Positions 16,973 through 26,630 of a stretch of DNA of 64,000 nucleotides are shown in pieces. The notes below the pieces were generated by a model, which was given only the letters and a program-made list of their open reading frames with translations, ran no database searches and was not told where the DNA came from. Every line of letters begins with the position of its first letter. Positions within the stretch are counted from its first letter, which is position 1. The stretch is from Thermoplasmata archaeon. Lineage in GTDB: Archaea; Thermoplasmatota; Thermoplasmata; Halarchaeoplasmatales; Halarchaeoplasmataceae. The translations under genes and the position numbers were made by a program. Location: NCBI GenBank assembly GCA_046498385.1, contig JAWOAU010000024.1, positions 99 through 64,098 on the forward strand, given 5' to 3'.

Positions 16973-17923
16973 CTAGTCCATGTTGCCTAGTTCCTGACGC
17001 ATTTCGCTGATTGCATCGTTTACGATCTCTATCGCCGTTTCGTACTCCCCTCGATCGGCGCTGTTTTTGCCAATTTTTAGAATATCCAGATAAAGTTGGA
17101 AAGCTATATCCTTTTCCTTCATAAGTTTTAATAATTGTCTCCCCTCTTTAAGAGATTCATACACGTCTTCCAGCATATGACATCGGTATAAAGCTTCGTT
17201 TATTTTTCTTAAACCGAGTTCTATTTTTCCATCCTTGTAGGCATTTATCCCTTCCTTGAAAAGTACTTTGATATCATCAAGTGCTAATCCGGAATAGCGG
17301 AGTTCGGATAATTTCTTTTTCGTCCCATTGATCTTGAGTTCGAGTTCGCTCTTTTTATCACCGATGCTTTGTTTTTGATTCTTTAAATAATCTAGTGCGC
17401 GTTCAACTTCTTCTAGTGCTTCTTTATACAACCCGGTTTCGGACTTTATCAAGATGAATTCTATGTTATCTTCCATGTCCTTCTTCAAACTTTTATCATG
17501 GGTGGTATTCACTATCTTATCCAACACCTTTAACTTTTTATTCAATTCTAAAATTACGTCCCCATCTTCAAGTACATTTTTTATCATCTCCTGGATACGT
17601 TCGGCAGAAACGGTATGATCTACGTTCATCAATTCCTCGATATTCTCCCTGAAGCTGTCAGTAGATATTTTTGTGGATTCACACACCTTCAATAAGGCGT
17701 TAACTTCCTTTAAACCTTCGAAGAAAATTCTATCTCTCAAATCTTCTTCTACTATTTTCTCTTCCACATCCTCTTCCATTCTCTTCTCTTCTGACCGAGG
17801 TATGATTGCCTTGGCGAGCTCGGTTTTATTTCGATACGATTTTGGATTATCTATTCCTAACTCGGATGCAATCGCATTCATCTCCTTTCGAGTATGTTTT
17901 GATTTAAGTTTTTTTATATTCAT
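16973..17923 (-). CDS. coiled-coil protein with an N-terminal HeH/Rho-N-like motif (hypothetical)
   Basis: MNIKKLKSKHTRKEMNAIASELGIDNPKSYRNKTELAKAII resembles a SAP/HeH motif. The remainder is predicted long coiled-coil (E/K/L-rich heptads). Confidence 0.4.
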   Translation of the reverse strand: MNIKKLKSKHTRKEMNAIASELGIDNPKSYRNKTELAKAIIPRSEEKRMEEDVEEKIVEEDLRDRIFFEGLKEVNALLKVCESTKISTDSFRENIEELMNVDHTVSAERIQEMIKNVLEDGDVILELNKKLKVLDKIVNTTHDKSLKKDMEDNIEFILIKSETGLYKEALEEVERALDYLKNQKQSIGDKKSELELKINGTKKKLSELRYSGLALDDIKVLFKEGINAYKDGKIELGLRKINEALYRCHMLEDVYESLKEGRQLLKLMKEKDIAFQLYLDILKIGKNSADRGEYETAIEIVNDAISEMRQELGNMD

Positions 17924-18027
17924 ACTAACCCTGTGTAAATATCCTATGTGAATATGCATACTTAAGATTTGTTTATTTTACAATCTCGTGTTACACATAG
18001 TTATTTAATTAAACCTAGGAATCCACG

Positions 18028-18999
18028 CTACCATGCGTCGGGTAACTTATCTCCTCTTTTCAGAGAGGAAATAATGTTCTCTTTCATGTCCCGGGCGGCC
18101 TGCCCCGACGCCTCGGCGAACTTTTCCGGTGTAAAATCATCAGAGTACGGTTTTCGGCGGTAGGCGAATATGATCCCTCGAGACGAGTTCACAACTCCTC
18201 CGTAGCCGTCCTGATTGAAACATGGTATGATATCATCGGCGGTCCCACCCTGGGCGCCGTAGCCCGGCACCAAAAATATAGTCCTTCTCATCGATGCTCT
18301 GAGTTTTTCCGCCTCCTCTGGATAGGTGGCCCCTACCACTGCCCCGACCGAAGAGTAACCTCTATCACCAACCAAAGGCTCACCCCATCGATCTATGAGT
18401 TCCGCCATCAGCTCGTACACCCTGCCGTTGTTTTCAATGGTCTTGTCCTGTAACTCTCCGGAAGACGGATTGGAAGTCTTATCCAGTATGAATATCCCCT
18501 TACCGTATTTTTCACAGGCTTTCAGAAAGGGCCGGATACCGTCGGAACCCAGATAAGCGTTGACCGTGATCATATCCGCGTTAAAGGACGGAGTGAAATC
18601 CCCGTTGGGAAGTTCCACTTCACCTAGATGTGCACCAGCGTAGGCCTCGGCGGTACTCCCTATATCATTTCTTTTAATGTCTCCTATGACGGTGAGACCC
18701 TTTTTTTGTGCATATTTTACAGTCTTTTCATAGGCCTTGATACCCTGGGACCCATATTGTTCGTAAAAAGCTATTTGAGGTTTCACCGCCGGTACGATAT
18801 CTTTTATTTCATCTATTATGGCCTTGTTGAACTCTTCGAAGGAGTATCTTGCACCTTGAAAAGGGTCGCTAGCCCTTCGCTGTGCTTTTTCCGTTATATG
18901 GTCCGGGATCATGTTTATCCTGGGGTCGAGTCCCACAACAGAGGGGTTTTTCTTACGGTCTACGGCATCCAACAAACGGTCAGCAAGGTTATTTTTCAT
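18028..18999 (-). CDS. pyrF: orotidine 5'-phosphate decarboxylase (type 2, long form)
   Basis: VVGLDPR... and IGDIKRNDIGSTAEAY (DxKxxD active-site motif). 323 aa. Confidence 0.7.
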   Translation of the reverse strand: MKNNLADRLLDAVDRKKNPSVVGLDPRINMIPDHITEKAQRRASDPFQGARYSFEEFNKAIIDEIKDIVPAVKPQIAFYEQYGSQGIKAYEKTVKYAQKKGLTVIGDIKRNDIGSTAEAYAGAHLGEVELPNGDFTPSFNADMITVNAYLGSDGIRPFLKACEKYGKGIFILDKTSNPSSGELQDKTIENNGRVYELMAELIDRWGEPLVGDRGYSSVGAVVGATYPEEAEKLRASMRRTIFLVPGYGAQGGTADDIIPCFNQDGYGGVVNSSRGIIFAYRRKPYSDDFTPEKFAEASGQAARDMKENIISSLKRGDKLPDAW

Positions 19000-19095
19000 G
19001 TGATCACCTGGTATGTTCCTGCGAATATATACCTTATTCTTTAAACCTTCGGTTTTGTTGGAATGTTACCGGCCAAGTGAGTTTGATAGTTTTTC

Positions 19096-19545
19096 CTAAG
19101 AATCCAGGGTTTCTTGTTTCCTCAATTTTTCACAGTACTTCCGGGATAAAAGATCGCATCCATTAAGAAGGTGTTCGAGATATTCCTTAGAAGGCTTTAA
19201 TCCTTCCCCGACCTCCCTGGGTTCCGCTACGTAAGTCACCGCCTTAACTTCCTCTTTATCATCCGTTAAAACCTTTATGTTCTTTCTTCGGTAATGGACT
19301 GGATGCCCTTCGTAACGATCCAGTATCTCCAAGCCTATCTCGTTGATTTCATAAAGGACTCCCTCTGTGACCCCTCCTTCGACCGGTATTATATTGGCAT
19401 AGGCCTCTTTCGAATCAACGGAAGATGTCTTGTTAAATTTTATCTCCCATCCTTCAAGGACCGCGTGTTCTCTTTTTGAAAATACCACCCTTCGTACTTT
19501 CATCCTTTCGGGATCCATGTTCGATCCGTATGCGAAGTATTTCAT
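19096..19545 (-). CDS. gamma-glutamyl cyclotransferase-like (AIG2/GGCT family) protein
   Basis: N-terminal MKYFAYGSNMDPERM with the catalytic Glu context ...EGVLYEI. Confidence 0.6.
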   Translation of the reverse strand: MKYFAYGSNMDPERMKVRRVVFSKREHAVLEGWEIKFNKTSSVDSKEAYANIIPVEGGVTEGVLYEINEIGLEILDRYEGHPVHYRRKNIKVLTDDKEEVKAVTYVAEPREVGEGLKPSKEYLEHLLNGCDLLSRKYCEKLRKQETLDS

Positions 19546-19606
19546 ATGTTGGCCCCCGTATTCACAATGGAGAAGCGTTGAGCCTTGATTTAAAAATTTT
19601 GTTCGC

Positions 19607-20275
19607 TCAAAAAGAGATCACATCCATCAACTCCCATATATCGTCGATGGTCCGGTGGGCGACCTCGTCGCTCTGATGGTTTCTATCGCCGTACTTGGCA
19701 TGTACCGTCAGCATACCCAGTTTTTTTCCGGGCATGATATCTCGGTCAAGGCTGTCTCCTACCATAACCACTTCTTCAGGCTTCAGTCCCATCTTATCTA
19801 AGCAGTGAAAGTAAGGTGCGAGGTCAGGTTTCTTTTTACCGGTGGTATCGAAGGTAACTATAAGATCGAAATGTTTCTCTATGCCCGCTTTCCTGAGCCT
19901 TTTCAAGGCTTCACCCCTTTCGGCATCGGTCACCAGAGCGAGCTTTACTCCCTGCTTCTTTAACGATTCTAAAACCTCCGTCACCCCGGGATACGTCCTT
20001 ACGTTGTCCAACTTGACGGAATGGTATATCCTTGAGCATTCTTGGAAAATATCTTCTTCGTATATCTCCTCGGCGATCAGGTAATCCTTGATATTCAACG
20101 GGTCTTCTATGCTGTAGCAGCCTCTGAAAAAATGATCTAACAGATCCGCATGGTCCTCTCTATCAAGATAATCGACAACCGCTTTACATGCGGTTATTTT
20201 TGCTTCTATAAATTCAACCAGTGTGTTATCCAGGTCAAAGAGGATCGCTTTCACGTTCCTATCCGTTTTCGACAT
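19607..20275 (-). CDS. HAD-superfamily hydrolase (phosphatase)
   Basis: Motif I AILFDLDNTLV. Motif IV MVGDSLDRDI. 222 aa. Confidence 0.7.
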   Translation of the reverse strand: MSKTDRNVKAILFDLDNTLVEFIEAKITACKAVVDYLDREDHADLLDHFFRGCYSIEDPLNIKDYLIAEEIYEEDIFQECSRIYHSVKLDNVRTYPGVTEVLESLKKQGVKLALVTDAERGEALKRLRKAGIEKHFDLIVTFDTTGKKKPDLAPYFHCLDKMGLKPEEVVMVGDSLDRDIMPGKKLGMLTVHAKYGDRNHQSDEVAHRTIDDIWELMDVISF

Positions 20276-20317
20276 ATGCTCAGTTCTTTTTACCAGGAGG
20301 GTATACCTTATAAGTTT

Positions 20318-21955
20318 TTACAACTCGTAAGTCTTTCCCCTTTTCGGTGGGATCACTTTTATACGGTGTTCCTTCTCGAGCTCCTCGGCGATCCTTTTGA
20401 ACTCGCCCGGATCGAGGGTATGGACCGGCATCAGCACGTCCGGTTTCAATTTGGCGATCATCTCTTTTAACTCAGGTCGGGATGCGTGCCCCGATACATG
20501 GGAGCGGTCGATGACCCGCTTTATCTTCTCACAACCGGGATTTTTACAATCTTCGGGGACCTCAGGTTCACCCTCTTTAAAGTCTATATCGAGCATCTCA
20601 AGCCAGTTTATGAGTCGCTCTTCGTCAAGGGCCATGTCGTCTGAAAACGGCTCGCATTGGGCCTTTATGAACCTGGAACCGGGTATCACCCCGTCGCTGT
20701 CGGCGAAGTCGAACAGCTGGTTAAGGTCGTAGTAGGAGAACATGAGCACGTATTTACCCGGTTCCTTTATTATATCCAAAGCGGTCAAGCCGTTCTCATA
20801 ATGTGACGAGTCCAGGTCCTCTTTATCAACGGAATAACCGTACTCGTATTTTGAACGTGAATAATCCGCAGGCGAATAGAGGGCACTGCCCTTTCTCTTT
20901 AAAAATACCTTCACCTTTTCCATATCCGGTTTTTCGTTGAGTAAGTTCAACAGGAATGCCAGCCTGGCATTTATCACGAAAACCCTATCGCATTCCTCAC
21001 AGGCCCGCCTGATAGTTTCGTACCTAGTGGTATCCTTCCAGCTAAAGTCTACGAATACCAGCCCCTCGACCTCTTTCATCTCTTCCACCATACGTTCCCT
21101 GACCATCTCTTCGGTGATGAGTGAATCCGAATCTATCCTTGTTCCCTCGCAGATCATCACGTTTATATCCTTCCCAACCAGCTCCACGTAATCATCAATG
21201 GACAGGGGAAATGTGCCGTGGAACCGTATATCGCCGGTGTAAAGGATCCTCTTACCGTCGGCATCCAGCACGAAGCTATTTGCCCCCGGGACGGAGTGGT
21301 CTATTTTTATCGCCCGAATTTTCATAGAGCCTATGGAGATAATCCTCCCCTCTTCTAAAGTAAAGCAATCCCTTTCACTTTTATTTTTCTTGTTTAACTT
21401 TGGCTTATCTGCGAAACTACCGCTCTTTCCAAAAGCGATCTCAGGCCTCTTCATACTGATCGCTTGAGATTTAAAATTAGTCAACTCGTCCACGGCTTCC
21501 ACCATCAATTTAGTGGTGCTGCTGCAGTACAGGGGTATGTCAGGATGAACACAGTTCATATCCCCTACGTGGTCAAAATGTGCGTGGGAAAGGAACATGG
21601 CATCCAGGTATCCCCTACCACATTTATCCACGTAATCCTCGTAGGTTACAAGGCCTTTAAAATCAAGCAGTTTTGAATCCTCCGTAAGGACCCTGCCTTC
21701 GGACTCTACTTCATCTAACCCTGAGGGCCTTATCATATTGGCTCTGTATATCCCCGGTATGAGGGGAAGTGAACCCAGAATCAACCTATCCCTCAAACCC
21801 GTATTGGACCTGGCCTTCACGAACTCCGAGAAGAACTTGGACTCAAAACCCATACGAGTACCGAAGTCGAGCATGACACGAGTACCTTGGCTCTCGACCA
21901 ATATCTTGTTTCCTCCGATTTCATCCGCACCGCCGTAGATCGTGATAGAGACCAT
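20318..21955 (-). CDS. metallo-beta-lactamase / beta-CASP ribonuclease (aCPSF2 / RNase J-like)
   Basis: HAHFDHVGD zinc motif. C-terminal SHVSGHASRPELKEM and PVHT beta-CASP motifs. 545 aa, no KH domains. Confidence 0.65.
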   Translation of the reverse strand: MVSITIYGGADEIGGNKILVESQGTRVMLDFGTRMGFESKFFSEFVKARSNTGLRDRLILGSLPLIPGIYRANMIRPSGLDEVESEGRVLTEDSKLLDFKGLVTYEDYVDKCGRGYLDAMFLSHAHFDHVGDMNCVHPDIPLYCSSTTKLMVEAVDELTNFKSQAISMKRPEIAFGKSGSFADKPKLNKKNKSERDCFTLEEGRIISIGSMKIRAIKIDHSVPGANSFVLDADGKRILYTGDIRFHGTFPLSIDDYVELVGKDINVMICEGTRIDSDSLITEEMVRERMVEEMKEVEGLVFVDFSWKDTTRYETIRRACEECDRVFVINARLAFLLNLLNEKPDMEKVKVFLKRKGSALYSPADYSRSKYEYGYSVDKEDLDSSHYENGLTALDIIKEPGKYVLMFSYYDLNQLFDFADSDGVIPGSRFIKAQCEPFSDDMALDEERLINWLEMLDIDFKEGEPEVPEDCKNPGCEKIKRVIDRSHVSGHASRPELKEMIAKLKPDVLMPVHTLDPGEFKRIAEELEKEHRIKVIPPKRGKTYEL

Positions 21956-22054
21956 TTATTGCACCGATTTTTCTTAATATGTTAGATATTTAAAAAATTT
22001 GCCGCAGATTTTCAACGTTGTACACAGTAGAAAAGATCAATCTAGAGGACCAAC

Positions 22055-22903
22055 TTATTCGCGATAATCTACGGTAGTATGACCGCAGTTATTACAGACG
22101 GATCCCAAAAGCTCAAGGAGCTTTCTCACCTCATCCACGCCGAGGACCATATACTCCGCATGGGTTTCCAGCCGAGCTGTTCCGCCTTCCTTAACAACCT
22201 TTACCGGATAAGCCCTGTCTTCTCCCTTTAAAACCCTGAAGGCGTCCTCGTCCGTGGTGTCGTCACCCAGGTAGAGCACGGGTTTATCTCTACCGTACCT
22301 TTCCCTAAGTTGGTCAACGGCCACCCCCTTGCTCCAGCCCTTGGGTCTTATTTCAAAGATTTTGTCCCCTTCCAGCACCTCAAGACGTTTATTTGATCCC
22401 TTTACTATCGTGTCAAATAAATCCTCTTTCAATTTGCGTTCATCACCCTGGAACATACGGTAATGGAGCGCTACCACGAACTTTTTATCCTCGACGATGA
22501 GCCCTTCCACACCAAAATATTTTGTCCTTATCTCCCCGGTCAGTTCATCTATGATTAAAGCAAGCTCTTCCACATCATCCCGTAAACAGACCTCCCCGTT
22601 TCCGTAGTCAACCACCATACCGTGAAGGCCGGCTAGAACGATATCATCCAGGGGGATCATGCGTTTCAGGTCCTCTATGGTCCTACCGCTTATAACAGCT
22701 AAATTTACCGTTTCCAGCCTGCCCAACTCACGGAGTGAACGCAGTACCTCGATAGGTGTCCTGGTCTCTGCAGGATCATCGGTAAAGGATACTAAAGTGC
22801 CGTCGTAATCCGAGAAGAATAGTAACTCACCGTGAGCACGGATATCCTCCTCTAACTTTTTCATCCCCTTTGGCATAAAATTTGGCAGTTCGTTCTCTCT
22901 CAT
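22055..22903 (-). CDS. otsB: trehalose-6-phosphate phosphatase (HAD-IIB)
   Basis: LLFFSDYDGTLVSF motif I. LYLGDDTTDEDAF motif. Immediately downstream of otsA. Confidence 0.7.
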   Translation of the reverse strand: MRENELPNFMPKGMKKLEEDIRAHGELLFFSDYDGTLVSFTDDPAETRTPIEVLRSLRELGRLETVNLAVISGRTIEDLKRMIPLDDIVLAGLHGMVVDYGNGEVCLRDDVEELALIIDELTGEIRTKYFGVEGLIVEDKKFVVALHYRMFQGDERKLKEDLFDTIVKGSNKRLEVLEGDKIFEIRPKGWSKGVAVDQLRERYGRDKPVLYLGDDTTDEDAFRVLKGEDRAYPVKVVKEGGTARLETHAEYMVLGVDEVRKLLELLGSVCNNCGHTTVDYRE

Positions 22904-22917
22904 ATCACTTTACCCGA

Positions 22918-24351
22918 TCACTTCTTGAAACAGCTGATCTCCCATTCCTCCAAAAGTCTTTTACGCCACCAGTGGACATCCATGCGCCCTATCTTCCTAC
23001 TCATCTTCTCGCAGGTCTTTCTGCGTTCACTTGCCGGAATCTCCAAAGCCTCATGTATGGCTTCGGCCACCTCGCTAGTGTTATGAGGATTAACAAGGAT
23101 GGCTTCAGTCAGCGATTCGGCGGCACCTGCAAACTCCGATAGGATAAGGACACCTTTTTCATTGGCATAAACGAACTCCTTTGCCACTAGGTTCATACCG
23201 TCTGTGAGAGGAGTAACGAGGGCTATATCCGAGGCGAGATAATAGGTGAGAAGTTCCTCATGGGACATGTACTGATAAAAATATCTGATAGGCATCCAAT
23301 CCTGTTTCTGGAATTCACCGTTTATTCTAGCCACTTTCATCTCGATGTTCTCTTTCATCTTTTTATACTCGGAAACAATATCCCTGCTGGGCGTTATCTT
23401 TTGGATGAAGACCACTTTTCTTTCGTACTCCGGATAACGATTCAAAAATTTTCTTATAGCATCCAACCTCTTATCGATGCCCTTGGTATAATCCAGACGG
23501 TCGAGACTAAGTACGATCTGTTCATTTCCAAAGTGACTCCTTAACTCTTTTGAGTTCTCTCTCTGCTCTTCCGTTGGAGTATAAGCCTCACAATCGATAC
23601 CGAAGGGTATGTTTTTTACCACAGCGTGATCACCATCTATCCTAACTAAATCCTCGTGTACTTTAACGGCACCGCCAACTTTTCTCACGGCGTCCAGGAA
23701 ATTATGTACGATCCATGGTGTGTGGAATCCGATCATATCCGCCGAAACCATGCCCTTTATTATCTTCTTTCTCCAGGGGAGGGTACCGAATATCTCCCAC
23801 GGTGGCCAGGGGATGTGCCAGAACAGAGCGATGTCCGCGTCGGGATGCTTCTCTCGTATGTACTTCGGTACCAAAGCAAGATGATAATCATGAACGAAAA
23901 CACGGTCGCCTTCATCCATCACCTCCAAGGCACTTTGTGCATACCTTTTGTTGATCTTCCTGTATATCTCCCAGTTATCCCCATCTATATCCGTTCTTTG
24001 TGGAAAGGAGTGACATAGGGGCCATAGGGTCCTGTTGGCAAAGCCGTAATAAAAACCGTCGATCTCATCTTTAGACAACTTCACTCTCTTCAAGGTGTAG
24101 CCCTTCGCATCATCCGGTACCTTGATCTTGTTTTCATCATCGGTGACTTGAAAATCCGCTTCGCCTCTTCCCCAGCCTACCCACACATTATCGGAACCTA
24201 ACATAATAGGGTCTAGTCCCGTGGTCAGACCGCCCGGTACCTTTTTCTGCACAACCTTATCTCCCTCAAAAACGTGCTGGTAGGGTTCGGCGTTGGCCAC
24301 GATGATGGTCTTTTTATCCCTGGTAATATCACCTAGTTTCTTTCCGCCCAT
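22918..24351 (-). CDS. otsA: alpha,alpha-trehalose-phosphate synthase (GT20)
   Basis: IIVANAEPY..., NVWVGWG..., VFVHDYHLALVPKYIR..., and LSLDRLDYTKGI are GT20 signatures. 477 aa. Confidence 0.8.
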   Translation of the reverse strand: MGGKKLGDITRDKKTIIVANAEPYQHVFEGDKVVQKKVPGGLTTGLDPIMLGSDNVWVGWGRGEADFQVTDDENKIKVPDDAKGYTLKRVKLSKDEIDGFYYGFANRTLWPLCHSFPQRTDIDGDNWEIYRKINKRYAQSALEVMDEGDRVFVHDYHLALVPKYIREKHPDADIALFWHIPWPPWEIFGTLPWRKKIIKGMVSADMIGFHTPWIVHNFLDAVRKVGGAVKVHEDLVRIDGDHAVVKNIPFGIDCEAYTPTEEQRENSKELRSHFGNEQIVLSLDRLDYTKGIDKRLDAIRKFLNRYPEYERKVVFIQKITPSRDIVSEYKKMKENIEMKVARINGEFQKQDWMPIRYFYQYMSHEELLTYYLASDIALVTPLTDGMNLVAKEFVYANEKGVLILSEFAGAAESLTEAILVNPHNTSEVAEAIHEALEIPASERRKTCEKMSRKIGRMDVHWWRKRLLEEWEISCFKK

Positions 24352-24379
24352 GGTTCATCCCTCCGAATTTCAGTTCCAA

Positions 24380-24425
24380 ATCCATTTCATATAATTTACA
24401 ATGGGGCCCGTATAAATACATTTCG
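24380..24425. promoter_or_regulatory. divergent otsA / treT promoter region with TATA-like boxes
   Basis: catataattta at ~24388-24398 and tataaata at 24411-24418 lie in the 135-bp divergent intergenic spacer. Confidence 0.25.
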
Positions 24426-24486
24426 AAACGATGATTTTTGTTAAAAAAACTTAATAAGATGGACCTATGATAGGTATCTGAATACT

Positions 24487-25689
24487 ATGAACCGCCTTGT
24501 GAATTATCGTGAATTTGTAAGTGAGTCTCAGATAGCGAGTATATACCGTAAAGCCACCAAACTGTGTGATAAACACATCGTGCACATAAACTCTACGTAC
24601 ACCGGCGGAGGGGTTGCGGAGATGCTCCGGAGTTCCATACCGCTCATGAATGAAACCGGTATAGACGCCGGTTGGAGGATGGTAGTTGGTTTCAAGGACT
24701 ATTACAAAGTAACAAAAAAGCTTCATAACACTCTTCAAGGAGAGGATATCAACTTCACATCATGGAATAAAAAGCTTTATGAAGAGACAAATAAAAAATT
24801 CTCATCCTTTACCCACCTCGACCACGACCTGGTGATCATCCACGACCCCCAGCCGCTGCCTTTGATACAGTATTCATCGAAAACTCAGCCGTGGCTCTGG
24901 AGATGTCATATCGATCTGTCCAACCCCGATAAGGATGTATGGGACTACCTGAAAAACTACGTGCTAAAATACGATGCCACCATATATCAACTGGAACAAT
25001 TCAAGATGGAGGGAGGTAACGAATATGAGTACGTGCTGCGGCCGGCCATAGATCCCCTCACCATAAAGAATAAGGATCTCGAAGAAAAAAAGGTTGTTGA
25101 GAGATTGAAAGATGTCGGTATAGATACTGAAAGACCCTTCATCGCCCAGGTTTCACGATTCGATAAATGGAAGGATCCTCTTGGGGTTATAAAAATATTC
25201 AAGATCATAAAGGAGATGGGCATAGACTGTCAGCTGGTACTAGTGGGAGGTATGGCCACGGATGACCCCGAGGGAGAGATAATCTATCGTCAGCTCAGAG
25301 AAGAGATAAAGGAGATGGAGGACGTGATCCTACTGCTGGACGCTCCGGATATACTGGTGAATGCGGTGCAATCCAAGGCGGAGGTCATACTGCAGATGTC
25401 CATAAAGGAGGGTTTCGGTCTCACGGTCACAGAGGCCCTGTGGAAACGCACACCGGTGGTGAGCACAAAGGTGGGAGGCATACCACAACAGATAGACCAC
25501 GGCAAAAACGGATATCTGGTCGAACCGGGAGATTATACGGATGCGGCAAAGAGAACGGCGGACCTACTCCAAGACGACGGTAAAAGGAGGGAGATGGGTA
25601 TTGCGGGCAGGCAAAAAGTCAAGGAAAACTTCCTCATACCCCGGTTGGTGGAAGACTGGATAGATATTTTGACGGATCAACTATGTTGA
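24487..25689 (+). CDS. treT: trehalose glycosyltransferring synthase (GT4, TreT-type)
   Basis: Recall-level similarity to Thermococcales TreT: HINSTYTGGGVAEML, LHNTLQG, HDPQPLPL..., QPWLWRCHIDLS, QVSRFDKWKDP, MATDDPEG, ILQMSIKEGFGLTVTEALWK. Confidence 0.7.
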   Translation: MNRLVNYREFVSESQIASIYRKATKLCDKHIVHINSTYTGGGVAEMLRSSIPLMNETGIDAGWRMVVGFKDYYKVTKKLHNTLQGEDINFTSWNKKLYEETNKKFSSFTHLDHDLVIIHDPQPLPLIQYSSKTQPWLWRCHIDLSNPDKDVWDYLKNYVLKYDATIYQLEQFKMEGGNEYEYVLRPAIDPLTIKNKDLEEKKVVERLKDVGIDTERPFIAQVSRFDKWKDPLGVIKIFKIIKEMGIDCQLVLVGGMATDDPEGEIIYRQLREEIKEMEDVILLLDAPDILVNAVQSKAEVILQMSIKEGFGLTVTEALWKRTPVVSTKVGGIPQQIDHGKNGYLVEPGDYTDAAKRTADLLQDDGKRREMGIAGRQKVKENFLIPRLVEDWIDILTDQLC

Positions 25690-25736
25690 CTTCGTAACCG
25701 TTACACCTATATGGTATCCGTATCTATAACTGAAAG

Positions 25737-26630
25737 ATGACTTACCTGTGCATAGACATAGGAGCCACAAAGACCTTGATAGGTGTAGGTGAACGGGACT
25801 TTGAGTTCTGTACCAGGATAAAAACCGATAAATTCCTAAAAGAACCGATGCTGGAAGCACGGTTCATGGAGGGTGTGGAAAAAGCGGTAGTCGCCACCCC
25901 CGGTCCCTTGGACCGTGAGAATGGGATCATATACCCACCCAACATACCCGGTAAAAAGATAGATATGATGGAACTTTTAAGTCCGAACCTGGACACCTTT
26001 TTTTTGGTGAACGACTGCATTGCGGGGGTTGTGGGAGAATATTTCTTCGGAGAAATCAGTGCGTCGAACATGGTGTACATCACCATAAGCTCTGGGATAG
26101 GTGCAGGTGTGATAGTGGGGAACAGCTTGATAGAGGGCTGGAGAGGAAACTTTGCCGAGGTGGGCCATCTAAAGGTGGGAGGCAACCGCAGATGCGGGTG
26201 CGGCGGAAGAGGTCACTGGGAGGCCTACTGCTCGGGCAACAACCTGCCGGGATTCGCATATGAGTTGACCGGTAAAAAATTCAAAGACGCCGAAGAGCTG
26301 TTTATCAAATATCACGAGGGGAACAGTGCCGCCAAAGAGGTCGTGCAGAAGATGGGAGAGTACAACGCCATCGGTATATCCAACGTTGTCAACGCCTACA
26401 ACCCGGAACTCATAGTGCTGGGTGGAGGGGTGGCTGTGAATCACCCGGAGGTGATCACCTCCGGCCTCGAACCCATGCTGGAGAGGGATGTTATAAGCGA
26501 ACTGCCGGAGATAGCGGTCACTGCGCTGGAAGACAGGTCCGTACTATACGGTTTGCTTGCCCTTTGTCATCTGGATGAAAACATGGATATTCTTGAAAGT
26601 CAGCATTCCTCCATCAGACCTTTAAAGTAA
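25737..26630 (+). CDS. ROK-family sugar kinase (glucokinase)
   Basis: MTYLCIDIGATKT N-terminus. ROK zinc motif GHLKVGGNRRCGCGGRGHWEAYCSG. Confidence 0.75.
   Translation: MTYLCIDIGATKTLIGVGERDFEFCTRIKTDKFLKEPMLEARFMEGVEKAVVATPGPLDRENGIIYPPNIPGKKIDMMELLSPNLDTFFLVNDCIAGVVGEYFFGEISASNMVYITISSGIGAGVIVGNSLIEGWRGNFAEVGHLKVGGNRRCGCGGRGHWEAYCSGNNLPGFAYELTGKKFKDAEELFIKYHEGNSAAKEVVQKMGEYNAIGISNVVNAYNPELIVLGGGVAVNHPEVITSGLEPMLERDVISELPEIAVTALEDRSVLYGLLALCHLDENMDILESQHSSIRPLK

Noticed and set aside
25742-26185. 147-aa minus-strand ORF
   Set aside because: Antisense to the ROK glucokinase gene.
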